A DNA stretch of 50,952 bases from Clostridia bacterium (lineage in GTDB: Bacteria; Bacillota; Clostridia; Oscillospirales; CAG-272). The first letter of the stretch is position 1. Each line of letters begins with the position of its first letter. The stretch covers positions 1 to 50,952 of the forward strand of contig CAADYN010000127.1 of NCBI GenBank assembly GCA_900753285.1. The letters run 5' to 3'. Positions 44,910 to 50,952 of this stretch are shown here, in pieces. A program made the position numbers and the translations under genes. The notes below the pieces were generated by a model. That model made no database searches. It saw only the letters and a program-made list of their open reading frames with translations, and was not told where the DNA came from.

Positions 44910-45830
44910 TCAGTGAGCCGCGCCGATTATTTCGCTAAGGGATTTAATTCCGTATTTGTCCATAGTCTCGGGCAGCGCGTCTATTATCTTCGGGCAGGTA
45001 TAAGGGTCGGTGAGATTTGCCGCTCCCACTTCGACAGCCGACGCTCCCGCAAGCATCATCTGGATAACGTGCTCGGGTGTGGAAATTCCGCCTATTCCGA
45101 CAACGGGGATTTTTACGGCGTCGTACACCTGATATACCATGCGCAGTGCTATCGGGAATGCCGCAGTTCCGCAGTATCCGCCCATTTTGTTCGCAAGCAC
45201 AGGCTTCTTTTTCTTTAAGTCTATCACCATGCCGTAAAGGGTATTGATGAGCGATATTCCGTCAGCTCCACCGGCTTCACAGGCTTTTGCGACCTCGGCT
45301 ACATCGGTAACGTTCGGCGTCAGCTTCATTATAAGCGGCTTTTTCGTCACTCCGCGGAGCATCTTCACAAGGCTCTCCGACAGCGCAGCCGACGTACCTA
45401 TGCAAGAGCCGCCTTCGCTCACGTTTGGACAGCTTATGTTCACCTCGTACCAGCCTATAACATCGCGCGCCGCACAGCTTTCAAGAACCTCTATTATGTC
45501 TCTGTATTCCTCGGGCGTGAATCCGCAGACGTTGGCGAGAACCTTTTTGTGATAGCTCTCCTTCAGTCTCGGAAGCTCCTTTTCGGCGACAGCGTGTACT
45601 CCGGGATTCTGCAAGCCGATTGAGATGAGCATTCCGGAGTCGCATTCCGCAATTCTGGGAGTGTTGTTGCCGAATCGCGGCTCAAACGTAGTTCCCTTGA
45701 ATGAGAACGCGCCGAGACGGTTTATATCGTAAAACTCCTCAAACTCCTTGCCGTAGCCGAAGGAACCGCTCGCGGCTATAACGGGATTGTCAAGCTCTAT
45801 TCCGCAAAGTTTTGTTTTGATATCTGCCAT
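44910..45830 (-). CDS. pyrD: Dihydroorotate dehydrogenase 1B, catalytic subunit
   Basis: NPVIAASGSFGYGKEF, NISCPNV (catalytic Cys) and GGISTPEH. Confidence 0.9.
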   Translation of the reverse strand: MADIKTKLCGIELDNPVIAASGSFGYGKEFEEFYDINRLGAFSFKGTTFEPRFGNNTPRIAECDSGMLISIGLQNPGVHAVAEKELPRLKESYHKKVLANVCGFTPEEYRDIIEVLESCAARDVIGWYEVNISCPNVSEGGSCIGTSAALSESLVKMLRGVTKKPLIMKLTPNVTDVAEVAKACEAGGADGISLINTLYGMVIDLKKKKPVLANKMGGYCGTAAFPIALRMVYQVYDAVKIPVVGIGGISTPEHVIQMMLAGASAVEVGAANLTDPYTCPKIIDALPETMDKYGIKSLSEIIGAAH

Positions 45831-45838
45831 ATACTACC

Positions 45839-46594
45839 TCACTTCCACAGTATCTCTTTCTTTTCGAGCACCGGACCGTCCTTGCAGATACGCTTGTATC
45901 CCGTGACGGTTTTGCACGAACATCCCATGCACGCGCCGAATCCGCAGCCCATCCTTTCTTCAAAGCTGAATTCTCCCTCCACTCCGTCAAGCACAGGTGA
46001 ATTGTAGACAGCCTTCAGCATCGGCTCGGGTCCGCAGGTGTAGAAGTAAGAGAATTTCTTTCCCTCATCCGAGAGAGCTGCAATGGCGTCGGTGACAAAT
46101 CCCTTCACTCCAACAGAGCCGTCGACAGTCGCAACCTTGACTTCCGCTCCGAGAGCAGCAAATTCATTCGGATAGAACACTTCCTCCGCCTTGTTAAAGC
46201 CGAGAACTACCGTCGGGTGCCTGCCTTCTTCCGCGAGCTTTCTGCACAGCATATAGAGAGGGGGAACTCCTACGCCGCCTCCGATGAGAAGGGGAGTTTC
46301 GCCGCTTTTTGTGAGGTCATAGCCGTTTCCGAGTCCGGTCAGCACGTCAAGCTCCTCGCACTGCGTCATTTTCGACATAAGCTCCGTACCTTTTCCGACG
46401 ACCTTGTAGATTAAAGTGAGTACGCAGCCTACGCAGTCACAAACAGAAATAGGTCTGCGGAGATATAAGCCGTCGAGCTTTATATTAACGAACTGTCCGG
46501 GACGGATTCCGCAGGTGTCTCCCGTAAGAGTCATGCGGTACACGTCTTTTGCAAGCTGCTGATTCGTGAGTATTTTGAAGATTTCCTGTTTCAT
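45839..46594 (-). CDS. pyrK: Dihydroorotate dehydrogenase 1B, electron-transfer subunit
   Basis: FAD/NAD-binding fold (RRPISV, GGGVGVPPL) and a C-terminal 2Fe-2S motif CGFGACMGCSC. Confidence 0.9.
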   Translation of the reverse strand: MKQEIFKILTNQQLAKDVYRMTLTGDTCGIRPGQFVNIKLDGLYLRRPISVCDCVGCVLTLIYKVVGKGTELMSKMTQCEELDVLTGLGNGYDLTKSGETPLLIGGGVGVPPLYMLCRKLAEEGRHPTVVLGFNKAEEVFYPNEFAALGAEVKVATVDGSVGVKGFVTDAIAALSDEGKKFSYFYTCGPEPMLKAVYNSPVLDGVEGEFSFEERMGCGFGACMGCSCKTVTGYKRICKDGPVLEKKEILWK

Positions 46595-46650
46595 AGCTCT
46601 CCTCCTTGGTTTTACCTTAATTATCGCCGTTTTTGCCCTGTTTTATGCCT

Positions 46651-46839
46651 AATAAAAATCCCGACCTGTGCAATGCGCAAAACATCACGTCAGTCGGGAA
46701 GATATATTTTCTTATTCCTGTGAGACAAAAACAGCATCAAAATTATCCTTTTCATTTAAGGCAACACGACCACCAGAACCCAGCGGCGTTACCTTTCTTT
46801 CTTTGTCTCCATTATACCATGCAGCGGAGCTTTAGTCAA
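46651..46839 (-). promoter_or_regulatory. pyrK promoter plus about 210 nt leader with a terminator-like hairpin
   Basis: On the minus strand: TTGACT (46839-46834), 17 nt spacer, TGgTATAAT (-10 at 46816-46811). CCCGAC (46698-46693) pairs with GTCGGG (46665-46660), followed by ATTTTTAT. Confidence 0.5.
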
Positions 46840-46893
46840 GGATGAAAAGGAAGCAAGATTTTGTGAACTTTCTTTGATTTTTAGTGCAAATCA

Positions 46894-47526
46894 CTATTCC
46901 GTATAGAACCTGTCTTCAACTGCAGCGCAAAGATAGTGGTACACCGGCAGATGAAGCTCCTGTACGCGGTAAGTCTCGTGCTCTCCCACACGAATGCACA
47001 CGTCGGCAAGGGAAGACAGCGCGGATTCTCTCTCACCCGTCAGCGCTATTACCTTAATTCCCATTATCCGTGCGAGCTTTGCAGCGTTCACTACGTTCTT
47101 TGAGTTACCCGAGGTTGATATCGCAATGAGCGCGTCCCCGTCTTTTCCGAGTGCGTAAAGCTCCTGCGCGTACATCATATCCGGCTCCACGTCGTTCACG
47201 AAAGCGGTCAGCAGTGCGGATTGTGAATGCAGCGACACGGCGGGAAGTCCGCATTGCAGTCCGTCAGCGAGCTTCTCCCACTCGTCGGGGTATAATTCTT
47301 TCAGCTTTTCGCGGTCTCTCTCCGGAATGGGACGCTTTTTTAGAAATCCCTTCGACAGCTCTCCTACGATGTGGTCCGAGTCCGCCGCGCTTCCGCCGTT
47401 TCCGCATATCATGAGCTTATTTCCACTGTCAAAAGTCTCGACAAGTATCTCCATCGCACGCTCAATGTCTCCAGAGCAATTTTTCAGTGCGGGATAGCGT
47501 CCTACAAGCTCGTTCAGTGTTTCCAT
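46894..47526 (-). CDS. SIS-domain sugar-phosphate isomerase (GmhA-like)
   Basis: LMICGNGGSAADSDHIVGEL and ISTSGNSKNV. Confidence 0.8.
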   Translation of the reverse strand: METLNELVGRYPALKNCSGDIERAMEILVETFDSGNKLMICGNGGSAADSDHIVGELSKGFLKKRPIPERDREKLKELYPDEWEKLADGLQCGLPAVSLHSQSALLTAFVNDVEPDMMYAQELYALGKDGDALIAISTSGNSKNVVNAAKLARIMGIKVIALTGERESALSSLADVCIRVGEHETYRVQELHLPVYHYLCAAVEDRFYTE

Positions 47527-48479
47527 CAGTTTTCTCCCCCTTCCATTGCCAAAGTCAAAGCCGCTATGTCTCCTATCTCATTCCCGAGAAGCGCAGGAAC
47601 TACCCTCACCGCACTGTACGACAAAGGCAGGCATTCGCGGCGCATTACGTCGTCCATGTACGGCTCAATCAAGTCGGACGAACGCTGATAAATACTGCCT
47701 ATCACTATCATCTCGGGGTTCAGCATATCTACAATGAACGACAGCCCCATTCCGAGCATTCCCGCACAGGTTTTGTACACCTCGGTCGCAGTCTCGTCTC
47801 CCGCATACGCCGCGTCAGCTACAGTTTTCGCAGTGACGGCTTCAAGCTCATCGTAGGATTTACAGTACGCACACGTCTTTCCCTGCTGTAATTTTTCTAT
47901 AGCCGCGGTTTTTGCGAGCATTGCTATACCTCCGCCGCTTGCGAATCCTTCAAATGAGCCTTCCTTGCCGTAGCCTACGGGACCGTGCGCAGACAATCTC
48001 ATGTGTCCGACTTCTCCGGCGTTTCCGTTAGCACCGTTGTATATTTTTCCGTTTATTATAATTCCCGCGCCCATTCCCGTACCGAAAGTTAGGAACACCA
48101 TGTTCTTCGTGCCTTTTCCCGCACCGAACTTCCACTCGGCAAGAGCGCAGGCATTTGCGTCGTTGCAGAGATACGCGGGTACACCGAGCCTGTCCGTCAC
48201 CATGCGCGTTATCTCAATGTTGTCCCATCCGGGCAGGTTCGGCGGAGACTGGATTATTCCCTTCACCGGGTCAAGAGGTCCTCCGCAGCTTATTCCGACA
48301 GCCTTTATCGGGATAGCGGAGCGGCATTTCATCTCCTCCGCCGTATCAAGGATTTTTCCTACAGTTTCATGCACGTCTGTCGTCGGGAATCTCACCTTGT
48401 CTATGACCTTTCCCGTGCTGTCTCCGAGGACAACCGCGCATTTTGTCCCGCCTATATCAATTCCAATGTAGTTGTTCAT
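47526..48479 (-). CDS. ROK-family sugar kinase
   Basis: MNNYIGIDIGGTK start (ATG 48479 after GAGAGG) and DANACALAE. There is an ATGA overlap with the SIS gene. Confidence 0.85.
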   Translation of the reverse strand: MNNYIGIDIGGTKCAVVLGDSTGKVIDKVRFPTTDVHETVGKILDTAEEMKCRSAIPIKAVGISCGGPLDPVKGIIQSPPNLPGWDNIEITRMVTDRLGVPAYLCNDANACALAEWKFGAGKGTKNMVFLTFGTGMGAGIIINGKIYNGANGNAGEVGHMRLSAHGPVGYGKEGSFEGFASGGGIAMLAKTAAIEKLQQGKTCAYCKSYDELEAVTAKTVADAAYAGDETATEVYKTCAGMLGMGLSFIVDMLNPEMIVIGSIYQRSSDLIEPYMDDVMRRECLPLSYSAVRVVPALLGNEIGDIAALTLAMEGGEN

Positions 48480-48490
48480 TTTCGACCTCT

Positions 48491-48570
48491 CTAAAGATAC
48501 TCTGAATAACAACCTTGAATCAGAGGCTTCCTAAGGATACTCTGAATAACAACCTAAAATCAGAGGCTTC
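48491..48570. repeat. Tandem 40 nt repeat, 2 copies (37/40 identical), in the 5' leader of the ROK-SIS operon
   Basis: The two units are CTAAAGATACTCTGAATAACAACCTTGAATCAGAGGCTTC and CTAAGGATACTCTGAATAACAACCTAAAATCAGAGGCTTC. Each carries a CTCTGA/TCAGAG 6 bp stem. Confidence 0.9.
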
Positions 48571-48600
48571 CTAGTATTGCAGCTTCAGTTATCACAAGAT

Positions 48601-48629
48601 ACAATACACTACCGAGGAGCAAAAGTCAA
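48601..48629 (-). promoter_or_regulatory. Candidate promoter of the ROK-SIS operon
   Basis: On the minus strand: TTGACT (48629-48624), 17 nt spacer, TATTGT (48606-48601). Confidence 0.4.
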
Positions 48630-48687
48630 TACCAAACACAAAAAACGCCCCTCATCCGCATAAAATATCGGACAAGCAGGCGTATTC

Positions 48688-49737
48688 TTATTCTGTTTCA
48701 ATCACTAAATCGCATTTTTCGCGGATGTCGAAGGCTTCAAAGTACCTGTTCTCGAGCGGAATCCATTCGTTAAAGAACCTTTCCGCCATGTCTCCGTTGC
48801 GTTTTATGATTCTCTCGCGCTGAATTTCAGGGGATGAGCAGACGAAAACCGACGCGTCATAGTATCCCGCAAGAGACGGATGCATACTGTAAGCTCCCTC
48901 GACTATCGACAGCTTCTTCGCGGGAATTGTCTCACCCGAAAGCACGGTAAATGTCTTACAGTCGAATTTTCTGTAGTTCACGTCAAGTCCTTTGCTGAGC
49001 GGAAGCAGAACCTCGTCAAGGAATCTCTCCCTGTCAACGTTTCCGCCGGCTTCCGCGTATCTTTCGGGAGTGCGCTGCTCTTCTCTCAGGAAGAAGTCGT
49101 CCATATGGAACACGTTGCAGTCGTAAACCTCGGCGAGAAGTGAAGAAAACGTCGTCTTTCCGCCCGCACTCGTTCCGTCAACTGCAACAATAACGCGGTC
49201 TTTTTCCGCCATGAGCCGGTCTATCAGCCGAAACGCGGGGATAAACTTTGCGTATTCCGTTTTCAGAAGCCTGTACGCGGGGGAATACAATTCGCGGTAC
49301 TTCTCGGAATGGTGGCACGCAGGATATCCGCTCTCCCTCATGCGGCTGACATAGCTCTCGCTCTCAATATAGTCAAGTCCTATCTTGCCGAGCTTTATCA
49401 TGTCCATGAGCACGGACAGCTTTTCGTCCATCTCGACCGATGTGTCAGCCTTATCTTCGACCACAGCCGAGAGAGAAAACAGCTTCGCAAGGGTAAGGGG
49501 CGAGAGTCCGTCATTTATCTGACCGAGATACACGCGCGAGTATTTGCCGAGGCTTTCAATGTCGTCCACAGTTGCAGATGAGCTTTCACGGCTTATGTAG
49601 TCCGCGGCGGCAGATGAGTCTCCCACAAGATGACCGCATCCGCACACGCTTTGGTACACCGCCTTATAAAAGTCCTGAATCTCGGATGAGGGGTATTTTT
49701 TATACAGAAAGAGCAATATATCCTTCGTTTTTTCCAT
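48688..49737 (-). CDS. P-loop nucleoside/nucleotide kinase-like protein (uridine kinase/PRK superfamily C-terminal half) with an uncharacterised N-terminal domain
   Basis: Walker A VDGTSAGGKTT and a downstream FHMDDFF. No N-terminal 170 aa domain was recognised. Confidence 0.6.
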   Translation of the reverse strand: MEKTKDILLFLYKKYPSSEIQDFYKAVYQSVCGCGHLVGDSSAAADYISRESSSATVDDIESLGKYSRVYLGQINDGLSPLTLAKLFSLSAVVEDKADTSVEMDEKLSVLMDMIKLGKIGLDYIESESYVSRMRESGYPACHHSEKYRELYSPAYRLLKTEYAKFIPAFRLIDRLMAEKDRVIVAVDGTSAGGKTTFSSLLAEVYDCNVFHMDDFFLREEQRTPERYAEAGGNVDRERFLDEVLLPLSKGLDVNYRKFDCKTFTVLSGETIPAKKLSIVEGAYSMHPSLAGYYDASVFVCSSPEIQRERIIKRNGDMAERFFNEWIPLENRYFEAFDIREKCDLVIETE

Positions 49738-49761
49738 ATTTATGCCTTATAAAACGAGTAT

Positions 49762-50307
49762 TTATTCAAGAACGAGCTTTGCCTTCTCCGCAACCATGAC
49801 AAGCACGGGGATGAGCACTATCTGGAGAATAATGCCGGGAATGGCAGTTGTAACAGCTCCGCTGAGGAAAAGTGCGAATGAGAATTCCGTATGCTGAATG
49901 CCTGCCATAACGAACTTGACCGCACCCCAGATAAGTCTTCCTGCTATCATAGCGGTAAGGAGTGAGAGGTAAATGCTAGCCACATTCTTCGGGAATGTGC
50001 GGTAGAGAAGTCCGGAGACAGCGCCGTAAACCGCAAGCTCAAACGCCATAGCTATAGCGACATATACCGGAGGCATACCGAACATGAGCATTCTGAGAAG
50101 CGGGGAAACAAATCCAACGACCGCCCCGTACTGCCATCCGCAGAGGAATCCGCAGAGAAGCGCCGGAATGTGCATGGGGCAGAGCATTGAGCCGATCTGC
50201 GGAATCTGTCCGGTCAGAAACGGGAGCACTATCGCGAGAGCCAGACAAAGCGCGGAATACGTGAGTTTTCTTATAAATAAGCTTGATCTTGTTTTTGCTG
50301 CGTTCAT
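49762..50307 (-). CDS. ECF-transporter substrate-binding (S) component, specificity unknown
   Basis: 181 aa with about six TM helices, the size and topology of ECF S components. No linked A or T genes are in the window. Confidence 0.6.
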   Translation of the reverse strand: MNAAKTRSSLFIRKLTYSALCLALAIVLPFLTGQIPQIGSMLCPMHIPALLCGFLCGWQYGAVVGFVSPLLRMLMFGMPPVYVAIAMAFELAVYGAVSGLLYRTFPKNVASIYLSLLTAMIAGRLIWGAVKFVMAGIQHTEFSFALFLSGAVTTAIPGIILQIVLIPVLVMVAEKAKLVLE

Positions 50308-50445
50308 TTTTACACCTCAGTTAAAAGAAAAAAGATATCGCTTTCCTCCGCGGAAAAACAGACACCTTCATGATATCATTTCAAGAAAATATTGCAAATA
50401 AACGGCAGCTTCTGCTAACCTTTGCCGACTTCAGCCGACTTTATT

Positions 50446-50474
50446 ATAATACCACATCGCATTAATTTTGTCAA
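50446..50474 (-). promoter_or_regulatory. Sigma-70-type promoter of the ECF-S/kinase operon
   Basis: On the minus strand: TTGACA (50474-50469), 17 nt spacer, TATTAT (50451-50446). Confidence 0.55.
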
Positions 50475-50520
50475 GAATGAATTTTTACATCTCGGTTTTT
50501 TCGGAGAAAAGTGATATTTC

Positions 50521-50549
50521 TTGACATTGCGCGGCACAAGTGCTATAAT
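50521..50549 (+). promoter_or_regulatory. Sigma-70-type promoter of pduL
   Basis: TTGACA (50521-50526), 17 nt spacer, TGcTATAAT (-10 at 50544-50549). Confidence 0.65.
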
Positions 50550-50586
50550 ATTCAAGGAAGAAAAATAATTTCGGAGGTACATAAAA

Positions 50587-50952
50587 ATGTCCAAGGTTAT
50601 AGTTGAAACAAGCGCGCGCCACGTTCATCTCACCGAAGAACACATCAAGATTCTTTTCGGCGAAGGCGCAACTCTCACAAAGAAGAAGGATCTTTCCCAG
50701 CCCGGTCAGTTTGCGTGCGAAGAAAGAGTTACCGTTGTCGGTCCTAAGAAGTCCATTCCCGGCGTATCAATTCTCGGTCCCGCAAGAAGCGCTACTCAGG
50801 TTGAAGTTTCTCTTACAGACGCTCGTACTCTCGGCGTAACAGCTCCCGTTCGTGAATCCGGCGACATCGCAGGCTCAGCTCCATGTAAGCTCGTTGGCCC
50901 CTGCGGCGAAGTTGAAATCAGTGAAGGCGTTATCGCAGCTAAGCGTCACATC
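50587..50952 (+). CDS. pduL: Phosphate propanoyltransferase PduL (phosphotransacylase); the 3' end is off-window
   Basis: ATG 50587 follows GGAGG. SARHVHLTEEHIKILFG...DLSQPGQFACEE...ILGPARSATQVEVSLTDARTLG...RESGD...AAKRHI matches the duplicated PduL motif. The frame is open to the window end (not in the ORF track). Confidence 0.85.
   Translation, partial: MSKVIVETSARHVHLTEEHIKILFGEGATLTKKKDLSQPGQFACEERVTVVGPKKSIPGVSILGPARSATQVEVSLTDARTLGVTAPVRESGDIAGSAPCKLVGPCGEVEISEGVIAAKRHI

Noticed and set aside
44910-45830. PyrD also begins MADIK, like the two ICE proteins at 13025 and 14253
   Set aside because: The nucleotide sequence differs (ATGGCAGATATCAAAACA) and the upstream region is unrelated. 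The match with the ICE genes is a five-residue coincidence.
50603-50839. 78 aa plus-strand ORF in the track at the window end
   Set aside because: It is out of frame with the clearly recognisable PduL reading frame that starts at 50587. The translation is low-complexity and it has no RBS.
1-50952. CRISPR arrays, tRNA/rRNA genes, IS elements with terminal inverted repeats
   Set aside because: I found no regularly spaced repeats, no GTTCGAATC-type T-arm signatures with acceptor stems, and no transposase-like ORFs. The only tandem repeat is the 2 x 40 nt unit at 48491-48570.

Overview
The window has two parts. Positions 1 to about 30200 are the right-hand part of a Firmicutes-type integrative conjugative element (ICE). 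Its left end lies outside the window. The ICE carries, in order:
- a DNA-processing module: a partial large helicase/methylase-like gene, a DUF3991/Toprim protein, MobC, a MobA/VirD2-type relaxase, PcfB and an ArdC-like protein;
- a Gram-positive type IV secretion module: a VirD4 coupling protein, Maff2, a VirB6-like protein, PrgI, a VirB4 ATPase, sortase B and an SLT+CHAP wall hydrolase;
- an AT-rich accessory block (about 16.4-30.2 kb): XRE and AraC/GyrI regulators, a C45 Ntn hydrolase, two cysteine-rich KTR paralogues, a MATE pump with PadR, and a BceAB/RS-like ABC plus two-component module;
- a small sigma-like factor, a MazF/PemK toxin with no upstream antitoxin, and a terminal large serine recombinase.

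From about 30.2 kb the sequence becomes GC-rich chromosome, apparently from a Clostridia host:
- a heterodimeric ABC exporter pair;
- an esterase-PNPOx-DUF5131 operon and an SRAP peptidase;
- trkAH, an MFS transporter and a GH38 alpha-mannosidase;
- pyrK-pyrD and SIS plus ROK sugar genes;
- an ECF S-component with a P-loop kinase-like gene, and the start of pduL.

I found no rRNA genes, tRNA genes or CRISPR arrays.

The items most worth follow-up are:
1. a roughly 380 nt GC-rich, ORF-free, helix-dense segment (27323-27700) upstream of the antitoxin-less mazF, plus a 45-codon ORF overlapping the mazF stop codon;
2. a single-gene cassette (1236-1996) flanked by 18-19 nt direct repeats that encodes an HslV/proteasome-beta-like Ntn hydrolase with a Ser1/Asp17/Lys triad;
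3. two KTR paralogues whose 49 nt 3' ends are near-identical and bracket the 7.5 kb resistance block.

All calls rest on reading the sequence and on remembered family motifs. No database search was run.
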